A DNA stretch of 54,929 nt, the filler included, from Ionaspis alba (taxonomy: Eukaryota), in NCBI GenBank assembly GCA_964255285.1. It is 4 parts of 4 records of this genome, joined end to end, with 100 filler letters (N's around TTAATTAATTAA, not from the genome) between each part and the next. Parts side by side here need not be neighbours in the genome. Positions count along the whole stretch, not along the records: positions 1 to 13,716 come from CAXUUL010000452.1; positions 13,817 to 27,509 come from CAXUUL010000453.1; 2 more parts are not named here. One strand, written 5' to 3'. Numbering within the stretch: the first letter of the stretch is position 1; every line of letters starts with the position of its first letter. The position numbers and the translations under genes are program-made. A model generated the notes under the pieces. The model worked only from the letters and a program-made list of their open reading frames with translations, searched no databases and was not told the DNA's origin. Below are positions 13,228 to 26,034 of the stretch, piece by piece.

Positions 13228-13716
13228 CCAATGCACTTGGGGGGGGACTGTGCGGAGCAGGGAGCATATACATATTATATTGTGTACATATGATAGAGAG
13301 CTAATCACAATTATTATGAGAATCATTTGCCACCCATTCGAACAACGTCGATACATTGATCGCTAACGGCTCAGCAGTGCAGCAAACGCACGTTGACGCT
13401 TGCCATGTTATCAGCGTTATTCTACAAGATCTATACCCTGCGGCAGTGCGTAAAGCCCGTGGGCCTGCGGAAGCCTCTGCAGGCTTGCATCATTTTGTCA
13501 TTGCGGAAAACATATCCATCGACAAGAAGCGTGAAGACCACCACCATAGCTTATGCTGCGTACATCTCCCGGAACTATCTCAGAGCCGAGACCGTGGTCC
13601 ACGTGCAAGCGCGGAGACCGGGTGAAAACTTAGATGGTGCATACAGGAATACATCCACATATGCAGTGCAACGCGGGATCCCTTTTCGGCCTGCAGGATG
13701 CATATTGCAAAACGAA

Positions 13717-13816
13717 NNNNNNNNNNNNNNNNNNNNNNNNNNNNNNNNNNNNNNNNNNNNTTAATTAATTAANNNNNNNNNNNNNNNNNNNNNNNNNNNN
13801 NNNNNNNNNNNNNNNN
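13717..13816. other. Assembly gap with six-frame stop linker TTAATTAATTAA (13761-13772)
   Basis: 44 N + TTAATTAATTAA + 44 N. Confidence 0.97.
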
Positions 13817-14489
13817 GTCTGGAGTACAACGTCGGCGTACATCATTTTCGTCGGTGGTTCGAGTAGCAGTATGAAGATGTAAAGAAATCGAGAACCAGAC
13901 AGCTGCAGCTATACCGTGAAGCTCAAAGACAGATATCTAGACAAGAGCGAAGATCGAGGCATCTAATATAGCTGAGCTTTCGCATGGCGTTACGCGCCTG
14001 CGGCATTATGTGTTAAGTTCGGTCTCCGACGGGTGCTGTTACAGATAACCCCCGGTTGGCAGCCGAGAGGCCTGGGTCGGAGATCGGCCACAGCCTCTCC
14101 AAATACCGAGAACCACGGAGTTAAGCGAATCCGCACCACTGGTTCCTTCCCGGGTTTAATCTCTCTAGCATAAAGTTGTTGTATGATACTCTCTGGTTAG
14201 ATGAGGTGAGAATTGGTATTAAAGGCTGAATCATAGAAACATTAATAAAGACCTCTATCATGGTACGACACAAATATGAAACAAGTGACGATCAAAACAT
14301 AGCCAACATGATGTGCTTTACCGTCAAATGCCCAGATCCAAAGTACCAGGTATATTCATATGATCCATTCCACCGAAACCAGTATGTGTGCTTTTGACAA
14401 TATAAGCGATCAGAAATGCTTATCAACTCCTCAAACCTCCTTTACTTGCTCCCAAATCTACTTACCTCTCTACCAGAGACAAAAGACCA

Positions 14490-17489
14490 TCATCTCCTTT
14501 CGCTAATGCCGGGTCTCCATCCACCACCGCTCTCCATAGATCCATCCCATCCCATCTCATACATCTGGGTCCAGCCCGCCTCATTCAATGGACTCATGCC
14601 CGTTCCCGGTGCCGGAACGCCTGCAGACCCCATGTCCCAATTCAGCGGCAATGTGTATTGATCGGACTCGGCCATCACCCTGCTAGGCTCCGAAAATTGA
14701 TCCGGTGGTGGCGTGAAGCCTGAAAAGGCAGCAGACGGCTGAAAACCATACGAGTGAGATGGAGCTGTGGATTCCGACCCGTGCCGCTGGGCATCTACAT
14801 CACCGGATTCGACGCTGGGCGGAGAATAGGAGGTATTCGAAGAGCCGTGATGCGAGGTCGCGGGTGTGGGATGATTGGAGTTGGACAACGAGGCTTGCCG
14901 ATCGCTGCATGCTTGATCGGAAGACATCTCGGTGTCAAAGGTTGATTTATGTAGCGAAGAAGCATCGGAGCTGGTAGCGTATCTGCCACCCCAGTTCTGG
15001 CTGGCGAGAATGCCCGAGGACTGTACTGATTGGCCGGTATACTGCTGGTTGCTCTGTTGCGGACTGTGATGCTCGCGCGTGGGAACGCTGAAACTCGACA
15101 TCGAGTAGTGGGAGGTTGCAATGTCGAGCGGAGTGTCCGATGAGGGGAGAATGGTTGGCATGGAAAGACTCGATGTGCTATGATTCTCGTGATAGATCGG
15201 CTGTGGGTCGGGGGGTCTTCCAATTATACCAGGAGTAGGATACTGAAGCCGGTCGTCACACATGGCGGGCTAATCGACGCCAGTCAGGGTCCACTCGGTT
15301 TCAGACAGTTCTGGAACGACTTACCATAGTTTTTCTCGCGGCGAAGCGGAACTTTGCGCTGGTGCATGGATTCTCCAGACCAGATCCGTCAAGATCCACG
15401 GTCAACTGGGTTAGGAAGGATTCCGCCAAAGGATTTTTCTTCCGTAATGCTTGCATCGCTGTCATAAGAAAGTTGAGCTTGTCACGGATTTGCTGTTCCT
15501 GTGGTCGTTTCTTGTAGGCGTGAACGTAGATTCGAGCAGCCACATAAAGACAAAACGATGTAAATGGGTTCATCTGCACAGAGCCGTAAGCATTGGAAGA
15601 ATTAGTTTTGAGGTTTTCCAAAGACTTACAGTGCAGACGTCGATATTCGTAATGAGCTGCATGATGTTCACGATTTCACTAGCAGCCAAGAAGCATCGAT
15701 CAGTACTTTGCCGTATCAGATCGGGCCCGAGGTCGTGCTTCTCGGCCTTCAAGATTGCGGCTTGGTGGAGGCAGATTGTGGAAGTATGTATGTTCATGTT
15801 AAGATAGACAATGTTCGCATCCTTGATTCCGGTCGGCAATCTTAGATGCTCTGGGAGAAACATTGAGGTATTTAGAAGGATGTTGTCTAGAGCTCGATGT
15901 CTTTTCCAGAACTCGCCGTTGGAAGGGTCCTCTGGACGGTCATTGGGATCTGGACGGTGAAGGTGTGTAAGATTTCGTCCAAAGAGACAAGCCAATAGCA
16001 CCACACCAGCGAGAGGAGACAAGGACGAGGCGCCCTCAGCGGTCATGGCATCTGCCAACGACAAGGTGGTCTGGGATTTACTCTGTTCAAATGCCTGCTC
16101 GGTCGCAGGAAGATTGGTCATGATCTGTAAACTGGTGAGCTCTTCGCTGTCGGTTCTACCTTCAAGACATGACCTACGTCTTTCTCTTCGATCGTCATGG
16201 GCCATCCGGTACCTATACTTGCATACCGATCTCCACAATACGCGAGCCAGAATGTCCGCCTCCGCTCCTCTCGATCCGTCCAATCTCGAGGCGGAGGCAA
16301 CGACTGCTTGACTTCCAAGGCAACACTATCCAGTCGATGGAGGCCCATCATCTGTGCGAGACGTGTTGCTCGGCCACTACTCATCCAAGCCCTGGGGAAA
16401 TACATCATCTTGAACTCGTATGTGGCTATAAGTGTCCAGCACTGCGAATGTCCGACCGTAATGAAGCATTCGCCATGGCCTTTCATCTCATCACTTTCGA
16501 CGTACTTGCGCGCTCGAAGGTAGAAGACATCTTGATAGTGAAAATACTTCTCTGCCACCGAGCATGCGAGAGCCCACATGATGTAGCGGAGGCAGACCGG
16601 AGGACGCATGTGGGGGGCTAGGTTCATAGCCGCTAGGTAGCGATATTTGTGAATCATCGGGATCGAAGGGTGTATTCTTTCGAAATAGATTTGGTGTCTA
16701 GATTCCGTGCTGTCAGTGACTGTTCTGGTGATTCTCTAAGATTTTGGGCGGCTGACAACTCATCGATCATATCCTGAGGCGGCAGTGGCTCCTCGAGACC
16801 CAACCCGATCATCTCCCACGAGAAGGCTTCGCTCGTTCCTAAGCTCATGTCTCCGGGTGCCAGTGGATTGGACATCATTCGCGGCACGGACAGATTGGAA
16901 CGATCGCTTGAGGTATCAACATATCCAGACATCATGTCATGGTCCCCTAATCCGAGGCCCATATCGAGGTCATTCAATTGGAACCCCGGAGGAGGCATGG
17001 ACGCCCTCGTGGAGTCGGAGTGCGATACCGAGCGGATCGGTACGCCTGGTCTTCGTGCACCATCCTTTGATTTGAGTTGTGTCTCGACCTGCGCTATTCG
17101 TGGAAGAACCACACACAATCAGCACAGGCTCATCCTCTGTTTCTCCGGAGCCTCCATTGATATATGTACCCACCTAGTCGGGCCTCCAGCTCCTTGACGT
17201 AACCACGTTTTGGTCCACTCTTCCTCCGCGCTTCATCGTAGGCACATTTGTGCCCGAGTCGTGAGCACTTCCCACAGCTTGGTTTTGCGCCATCGCATTT
17301 GAGCTTGCGCTTCCGACATATGATGCAAGCGATTCGTTTTGGTCGTGGAACGCCGTTGTCGGTTTCGTCGCAAGGAAGCGTTGTCTGTTCGGAGGGGCTG
17401 TCGGAGCGATTAGAGCGGTAGCTCGGCTGTCTCGTGAGATCGTTGAAGAAGCCGGCATCCGCTGAGGTGCGGTCGATGGGAGAAGGCAT
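14490..17489 (-). CDS. Zn(II)2Cys6 transcription factor with fungal-specific TF (MHR) domain, multi-exon
   Basis: IACIICRKRKLKCDGAKPSCGKCSRLGHKCAY binuclear cluster, then KSGPKRGYVKELEARL. Intron 17094-17173. MHR motif RLAQMMGLHRLD...EERRRTFWLAYCGDRYAS. Ser/Pro-rich C-terminal exon ends at 14490. Confidence 0.92.
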
Positions 17490-19399
17490 GGTACCGTAAT
17501 GGGTCGTTGAACCTTGATAGATGGTGCCTCGGATAGATTGGTGAAGGGGATTATGGCTCTATTTGTCCGGCGGCGACTCGCAGTTGTGATGGGTGACAAA
17601 TGGGTGAGTGGGACTAAAGCGCAGTAGCTGAAGGAGCTCTCCCCAACCCTCAGGCAGCAATAAAATGGTCAGGGACACGCGGAGAGCACGCGGGGACGCC
17701 GAGCGGTGAAGGTTGACGACATTCAAGAAGTAGGGAAGAATGTCGACATGCCAGTGCTACTTGCATTGATCACAAGTCTTCAACGGCCTGACGATTGAAT
17801 GGCTATATAACAATTACTCTCATGAGATTTGGTAGGGAGCCGGCTATGGTTGTCTACGGTTAGTCGTTCCACCGATGCTGGAGGTAAGACGGTCTATCAA
17901 GCCCATCGAGTTTAGTGTGCAGCGACAGTCATATCATTGCGCACGGAGTATCTACCCTCATGACGCCTGGCAATCACACTTAGGCTTAGTCCTGAAGATT
18001 GTTGTGCCTTTCGTTGAGCTCAAACTGTCTACAGGCTGCCAAGAGAGATGCATTAGGGGGCTTTGGCTGATGTTGATCCAGGAGAATATCCCTGCGACTT
18101 CGACATGTCCGCCCACTCTCCCATGCCACCCTATGCAGCGATGCCGCGCGACTTCACCATTGACCACTGCATTTGTCCTCCAAATTTGGTTCGCTGGAAC
18201 ACTCCCGACTCCTCTCAGCCTCATAACAAGGCCGCATAGCCACAACGAAGCATTCAAAGATCGCGCAGTGCTCCTAACCTTGTGATAGCACGGGTCGCCT
18301 ATTGTTCTCTGCACGCGGGATATATGTCTACTACTCAGAACAACATAGAATTGCAATGGAGAGGGGTGAGAAAGGTAGTAAATAGAGGAAGACATGGTAC
18401 AGTGCACGATCGAGTGCGGCAGCACCATTTGTCTGTCGACGTCGATACCAATATAGAGATGACATGTTTTGACATATTCACAACGTCTAAAAGGGGCGAC
18501 GCATTCACATGCTTGGGAGTTGGACGTGCAGATGTCAAGCCCCATCGCATAGACTGGTAGCTCCCAAATCTCTCTTGTGGAGCGGCACGGCACTGCTCTC
18601 CTTACATCTCGTTTCGGGGTCAAGATGAACAGCTGAGAGATTTCCTGGGATTGAGGTGTACTTCCGTGATTGGTGGTGTAAAGAATGCACGGCGAGGATC
18701 TCGAATGCTCACCCAAGCATCATCCACACCATCCGAACGTCAAGCTTGGTTTCATCTCCATTAGCCAGTCGGGGTTGGTCCGCACGTGGTTGCTAGTCAT
18801 GGTGGCAGGGTCAATACTAATTCTCCGTCAGGTAACCCCGCCAATTAGGAGATTTGGTCGTTGATAGTCGACCCACTACGACGATGCTGCGGAAACACTG
18901 GATCGCGACGTGGTCCAGCAATTGTTACTCCATTTTGAGGTCGGTGTACATGTGTTCGAATCGATCAGTTCTACGCTTCCTTCGCAAAGGAAGGAACAAA
19001 TCCCACGAGGGTTTGGAGATCAATCCACAATACCTCAACATTATCTGTGTCTAGATACCGGGAAAACATAGTGGCTTGAACCATTGTTTAGTAGCGAAGA
19101 GCATCTCAACCGTGCGTGGGCGAGAAGTGGGAGGATAGGCCAGAGCGCAAATAGAACTATCATGGTTTTCGAATCGACACCACCCCCATGGGGAATCGAC
19201 GACCTCGGGCCGTTTGAAGTAAATTTTCTTTGAGTCTTGCGCCAGGCCAGATTCCGCGATATAGAATTATCAAGGCTTGGTGGCGGCAGAAAGATGATGA
19301 CCCGACTTGACGCCTTGACGGCCTCCCGCCCATTTTAAGATGGTTTCCGTACAGCACGTCGAAAATCGTGGCTGTTGCAATTTCAATGAGCCCATTACA

Positions 19400-20573
19400 T
19401 TACCTTCCCCCTCCTGATTGGTCTCTCCGCCTTCGTCCCTGGTTCCTGACTCGAGGCACGACGACCATCTTGTTGGGCTTGTTCTTCTTCCGAGTCTTAT
19501 AGCCACTTTTGGCCTGAAAGTGCAATTTAGTGGACGATCAGTAGTAGTAACATATGCTCCGAACAACAAGCCGCACTTACCGGCGTGCCCCATATGCTAA
19601 CAGGTATGACATTGCCCTTCGACTTTCCTCGTCCCCCGCCGTGAGGATGATCCGACGCGTTCATCGCAAGACCGCGGACTGTAGGCCGTATCCCCAGCCA
19701 GCGACTTCGCCCTGCCTTTCCCAATTGTCGACGGTTCCAATTCGCGTTGCTGGCTACGCCAATGGTAGCACAAGCTTCTTTGTGGATCTTCCTGACTTCG
19801 CCGCTTTGCAATCTCACGTTCACGTAGATGCTGTTCTCCTGTCGCTGCTGATCGTTGTTTCCAACCACCTGGGCATACGTGCCGGCGCTCCTGCACAATT
19901 GGCCACCAGACTCTTTCCGCAAGCCCACGTTGTAGATCAAAGTCCCCGAAGGTATCATATGTAACGGGAGACAATTGCCTCTCCAAGCCGTCTTGGCAGC
20001 AATCATGGCCGGATCGAGGACGCCGCCCATACTCTGCAAGAGGTCGTCCGGTATGCCCTGTCGATAGCTCTGAACCACGTCACCCTCCCGCATACCCTCC
20101 GAAGCAACGATATATGACTTCTTCTTGCTGTCATTGTGAGATAGAAGGGCGATATGGGCACTGCGGCCAGGATCATGTTCAATCCTCTCCACGGTGTGCC
20201 GACCAGCTTCGGTACGACGGAAATCGACGATTCGTATTCTCCGTTTGTGTCCACCTCCCCGATGTCTGACCATCACTCTCCCGGTATTGTTGCGTCCACC
20301 AATCCCTTGGCCCTTTCTTGGAAAAGTTAGAGGAAGGTATGCTCGGCCTTTCCACAGATGATCATTGATTGGGCGTTTGAGATGACGTATGCCTGGTGTG
20401 CGGGGTTTGTAGGTACGCATCATCGTGTTCGACTCTTCCCGAGTCGGAGGAGGCGCTTCAAACATGGTACGAGAGCTGGTCTCGATGACCGTGGCATAGC
20501 AACGGCGGTGGAGAGTGGAAAGGCATTGGAAGGGTCGTTGAGCATGGCGAGCGTACATTCGAGGTTGTAACAT
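19400..20573 (-). CDS. RML2: Mitochondrial large-subunit ribosomal protein uL2m
   Basis: GGRNNTGRVMVRHRGGGHKRRIRIVDF, IEHDPGRSAHIAL and RPTVRGLAMNASDHPHGGGRGK. Arg/Ser-rich presequence from ATG 20573. Intron 19514-19580, last exon AKSGYKTRKK...GR, TAA at 19400-19402. Confidence 0.96.
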
Positions 20574-21638
20574 TGTATAGGACTGGAGAAAAGGTAGTCG
20601 AAGGGCTTTTGCCAACCGGAGAGTTAATGAGAGATGCAAATATGGCAACGAGCAGGCTGCGTTCTATGTATGTTAGGATTATGGAGCAAGAGAGGTGCAA
20701 GCAGTACTGGTCGCACTGAGGCTCAAAAATGCACCTTGCCCCCTGTCGCTCTGGTCCTCGGTCCGTTACTCACTCCGTCTCTCGATTCGCTCGGTCACCA
20801 GTCGCGCACCAAAAGTCCACGCTAACTGGATGACTAGGGACTCCGTTGCCCATGGACACCATCAACAAACTACCCGGAAAGGCTAAAGTCAAAAATGCGA
20901 AGGAAGTCGTGGAATTCGTCTACATAGACATGGCAATCTCGTGCTGACTTCTCTCTTCACCACTTTTTTTCTCTCTCCACAAGCACAACACCAATCCTAC
21001 CTACGAGTAACTATTTTGACGCATCCTAGGAAGTCATCATACCGCTCGAGCTGTATTCTGCATCGTTCGCAAGCAATTCCTCTTTTGCTTCTAGCTTGTC
21101 TTTGACGCCATAGCCCAGCTTTTAGCGCCAAACATTTAGCCATTCCGACGTGACTTGGGACCAGTCTTTTGTGACAACTTACTCGACCTCACAATTTGCA
21201 ACCCAGAATTCCATAACAGCTGCGACTTCGATGAGCTCCTGCACACTGTTGTAGATCTGTGCAAGTGGTAGTGCTTGGATAACCACTTCATCGTCTTGTC
21301 ACGTCGCGAAAGCCACACTACACTTCTTCCGCGCCGCCTGGCTACTCGTCCAGAGCGACATAAACAAACGGACCTCGACCAGAATCTCCCTCTCAAAACC
21401 CACCATTTTTTTTCGATTGTACGGGGAGCTCCACAGCAGAGTGCTAAGCTGCTTACATACTACTGTGAGCTATCTTGTCTTCGGTGTAGCTAGTGACATT
21501 TCACTTATCCCACTGCAGTATATTAAATCGACTTAACCCTCGAGGGATTTTAAACACGGCCCTCAACTTCAAATATATACCGCTCGAAAAGTGCCTGGAG
21601 CGTTCACTGTGTGACATCCTGCTCTTACCCAGGTATCA

Positions 21639-23393
21639 ATGCCTCCGGTAAGTCCTGTCCTTACGATACCACGACGCGACCGCGCGATCTAAAGGCCAAT
21701 CCCGCCATCTATCAATTGTTATGATCCTACAACATAGAAAGGGGTTTGCTGACAAGGTCGTCGTCAGGCTCGGGCGGTACGGCAGCGCGCTGTCAACAAT
21801 GAGAATGACGAGAATGTTGGGACTACCCGATTAACAAGGGCTAAGGCGGCTGCGCTAAGCGGACCCGACGACCTGGTCAGCGCGGGCATGGTCAAGAAAG
21901 CATTGCAGTCCAAAAAGTCGGCCAACAACACCTTGAATACTGCTGCTCCACAAAGGAAACGTTCAGCTCTGGGAGATGTCAGTAATCTCACAAAGAACGA
22001 TGTAACAGACGTGAAGGATGGAAAGAAGTTTGCAGGAAGAGCCACGCTGGTTTCAAAAGCTGCACAGGGTGCTGGGGTCCACAAACTTTCTCGCACAACC
22101 TCGACGCGTTCCGTCTTAGGTAGCAAAGATAACGGCAAGAAGGCTGCGGCTGCTGATCTCAAGAGACCAGCCAGCGGCTCTGGGGTCATGGGCGGAGTCG
22201 CTAAGAAGAGATCGACAGGTTCCAATGCCAGCCAGCCTTTGGCCAAAGAGGAGACACCCGCTTCAGAGAATGATCCGCCGCGGAAAAGGAGCGTTGTGGT
22301 CGAGGTAGAAACACGAATCTCCGACGAGAAACGGGAAGCTCTGAAACTCGAGGAGCCAGTTGAAGTGCCCGATGTCAAGCAAGCATTCGAAGATGCTGTT
22401 CCAGATCTCGACGCCGAAGACTACGAGGATCCCTTGATGGTGGCCGAGTATGTTGTGGAAATCTTTGAATATTTCAAGACTTTAGAGGAAGCCACGATGC
22501 CCAATCCCACTTACATGGATCATCAGGAGCATCTCGACTGGCACGAGAGAGATGTTCTCGTCGACTGGCTAGTCGAGGTTCACCAAAGCTTTAACCTCCT
22601 TCCGGAGACCCTCTACCTCACCATCAACATCATCGACCGGTTCCTGTCTACCAAGGTCGTTCAGCTAGACAAGGTTCAACTTGTCGGTATTACGGCCATG
22701 TTCATCGCGTCCAAATACGAAGAGGTCATGTCACCGCACGTCTCGAACTTTTCATATATCGCACGAAACGACTACACGGACGCTCAGATCCTGAGCGCCG
22801 AGCGATACATCTTAGCTGCGCTCAACTACGACCTCAGCTATCCTAATCCCATGAATTTCTTGCGTCGTATATCCAAGGCCGACAACTACGATATTCAGAC
22901 CCGAACACTGGGCAAATACCTGCTTGAAATTGGCAGCGTAGAACCGAAATTCATGAGCTACTGCCCCAGTCATGTTGCTGCTGCTTCGATGTTCATGGCA
23001 CGGTCGATCCTAGAGAGAGGTCCATGGGTGAGTGGACTTTGTTTTGATGAAGTGCCTTCTATCTGACAACTTCCAGGATGCGACACTTTCTCACTATGCT
23101 GGATACACCGAAGCCGAAATTCTACCTGTCTTTAAGCTCATGGTTGATTACTGTCGTAGTCCTATCAAGCACGAATCGTTTTACAAGAAGTATTCGAGTA
23201 AGAAGTATCTGAAAGGTGAGCTGCATTTCTCTATTCAATTCTCGACACATTTTTATGATCGATCCTAATGACTGCTTCAGCTGCACTTTTAGTACGCCAG
23301 TGGGCCAAGAGATACCACGCCGTATCGAGTGATGGCATTCTTGCATCGAAGGACGTCAACGCATCCATTCAAGGTCAGGACGTCAAAGCTTAG
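21639..23393 (+). CDS. nimE: G2/mitotic B-type cyclin (NimE/Cdc13/Clb2 type)
   Basis: 9-nt first coding exon (MPP), introns 21648-21767, 23028-23076 and 23216-23280. Destruction box RSALGDVSN. Cyclin box ERDVLVDWLVEVH...PETLYLTINIIDRFLS...FIASKYEE. Confidence 0.95.
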
Positions 23394-24175
23394 GGGCTGT
23401 CTCGCACCGAGGGAAGCTCTCTCATCCTGGTGCGCCTTTTGGCAGACACCTCATCTCTCATCAGCATAACCTTCAATCCTCTTCATGTTCGCGGTCGAAT
23501 CGTCCTATCTCGGCGTTCACGTCTCTACGAGTAACTTATCAGGTCTATCGGCGTTTGCTCCGGATATGAACATGCGTGCGGATTACGCCTCACAAATAGC
23601 ATGTCTGTTTTCCTTTTCACCGACGGTAATGAACTAAGAGTAAGCAAGCAACCTGCGCTGCGAGGCTCTGGCAGCACTTTGCGTATTTCGAGTATGATAA
23701 ATAGGATAGCAAGATTGCCTGGAAACGGCACAGGGGAAAGGGGCGAAATTCATGAGAAGGATTGGCACAACTGGCATCATTCGCTCGCATCTTTATGAAT
23801 CAATTGAAGAAACATGTTCCTTCCTCTGTGTATGCTTTGTGTTGTACTGATGGACTTGCTTTTGGATTGTGCATACTTTGGCCAACAAAACCACTCAAGA
23901 TAACAAGGATGTTGCTGTTTCGCTCGCTGGTGATGGAGACGAAGGTCATGAACGATTTCGATTGATATCCCTTCATCAACTGTGACGTAGTGGCATCTTA
24001 CCGCTACTTGGGTTCCGATCCGCTATCTTCACATGCTGTGTTTCAAGTGTGTGTTTGATGTTTTCCCCTTCCTGTTCAGTGATTTCGACGCCTGCGAAGA
24101 CACTCGGACAGAACGATTAACGCTGAATGAAACTCCTTGTCGTTGCAGTATACAAGCCTATCAGAACTTGCAAAT

Positions 24176-25460
24176 TTAGAGCACTCCACCAGCAGCGCCC
24201 ACGATCTTCAGGCCCATTGAATCCCCACTGTAAGCCAACCAATATCTACTCGGGTGCCACGCCACGCAAGGCGCTGGCGCTGTTGCAGGAATCGTGTGGA
24301 CGTACTCCCCCGTTTCAACGTGCGCCTATATATCGCAGACTTATCAGCCAGATGTGCTCTAGGAACCTGGAGACGGTTTCCGGGCACTAACGATCTGCAA
24401 GTCATTACCCTCATCACTCCCTCCCACAATGTACGCTCCATCCCAACTGAAACTCAACCCACGGACGCTACCTATCATCCCCGTTAGAGTTCGCCTACAG
24501 ACCCAATCCGTGGTGTCCCACAAGCAGATCAACGCATCTGATCCCCCAGTCGCAAGGTAGCGACCCGTGGGTGAAAGTTCAAGACAGAAGCATGACGAGG
24601 TGTGGGAGTGGAGTGTGTGGAGGGTAGTGAGGACCGGGATGGACTGGGTCGCGTCGGCGATAGAGGGAGACGGTGAACTGTAGGATACGATTCTTACAGA
24701 CCCAGAGCCTGTCGTGAGGAGAAGTGTACGAGGCGGGATGCCACGTCCAAATATAGTCTGGTTGGTTTGATTTGGTTGTGGCAGGAATGGGCCCACAGCG
24801 AAGGACGGAAGCATGATGGGCAGGAGGGTATCATCCTGGAGGACTCCTTCTTAGCCGCTTTGGTAATGGAGGGAAACAGTACTAAAATGATGTTTTCAGG
24901 TACAGTGAATAATCGTCTGGCATGTTTGAGGAATAGCACGCTGAGTTATGTCTGACATTGTCCGCTCACCTTTCGTCCAACCATGACCACGCTTCCATCT
25001 GCTGCCCAACTGATAGTCAGACCTTCTCCGTCCAATTGCACAGTCTCCACACATCCTTTACTCCTCACATCCCAGAACTTGCAGGTACCGTCACTTGAGA
25101 CGGAAGCCAACTCGGCGTCTTTGACAGGATTCCATGCCACACGCTCAATCGCTCCCGAATGGCCTTGAAGTTCGGTACTGTTCTTTATCTGTGGCTTCTC
25201 TGGGTTCCATATTCGTAATGTGCGGTCAGTGGACCCGGTGGCTATCAGATGACCGGTAGGGTTCCAAGCAATCGTGCGGATACTGGCAGAAAGTCAATAG
25301 AGTGGACTATGATAGCGTTCGCTCAGTGACTAAGATCGTCGTACGTATGCGAGCCTGGCCCTCGAGATGCAGGATCATGATAGATCTGCGGCTTGAGGGT
25401 CGAGAAGAGCGCTGAGAACCTGTCACTGGAGATAGATCTCCTAGGAGGAATTGGGCTCAT
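24176..25460 (-). CDS. WD40 protein, THO/TREX complex subunit 3 (THOC3/Tex1-like)
   Basis: IRTIAWNPTGHLIATGSTDRTLRIWNPE, HTSSCFCLELSPTGRYLATGGSDALICLWDTTDWVC and AHVETGEYVHTI...VAWHPSRYWLAYSGD. Three introns including 24836-24970. TAA at 24176-24178. Confidence 0.88.
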
Positions 25461-26034
25461 TCTTTCTAGGACACAAAGGCGCCTCGCGGAAGCTCAAAAA
25501 AAGGTGCACATGAATCTACTTGGACTCATCTCTATTGATGTACCAGCGAAGCGCGTACAAGAATAGCTATTGGATCTATACTCAAGGCAGATTTGTGCTT
25601 TGTCGCTTACTCTAGTCTAGATAGATACCTCTGATGGTTGAACTTGTAGCTATTCATGCATGCTCTTTCCCGAGTAGACTACCCCCTGATGTTCTATAGT
25701 GGACGATCAAAGAGGTTCCAGATAATGGTTCAGCTGTACAAGGATCATGTAGTCGCTGTATCTATCGCGGTGCTCAAAGACATGAAGTTTTCAGTATTAG
25801 ACTCCCTCCTTCAGTCCAATCCTCCTACGACCTGCCTGAACGAGACTGCGTCGTGCGAACAAACGTGGCAGCTTTCATCCGACCGGTCGTCTTGTCAATC
25901 ACTATTAATAATGATTTAACGACAGTCCTCGAGCTCATCGATAGTCTATGGCTAGATACAACCATAAGATCATGCCCACAGTGCCATCTCGTGCCCTAGA
26001 CGACGTGCCGAGATGCTGAATCGGAGGGAACAAT

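Noticed and set aside
13761..13772. TTAATTAATTAA palindrome recurring at 13761, 27554 and 41318
   Set aside because: Always centred in a 100-nt N block and gives stops in all six frames. It is an artificial contig linker, not a piggyBac TTAA site or a biological repeat.
13817..13842. Possible gene start on the - strand (ATG ATG TAC GCC GAC GTT...) running into the gap
   Set aside because: Only about nine codons are visible, which is not enough to call a gene.
17600..19400. ORFs in the ~1.8-kb region upstream of the first Zn2Cys6 gene (e.g. 252 aa at 17958-18716)
   Set aside because: Non-ATG starts, no recognisable motifs and overlapping ORFs on both strands. More likely promoter or leader DNA.
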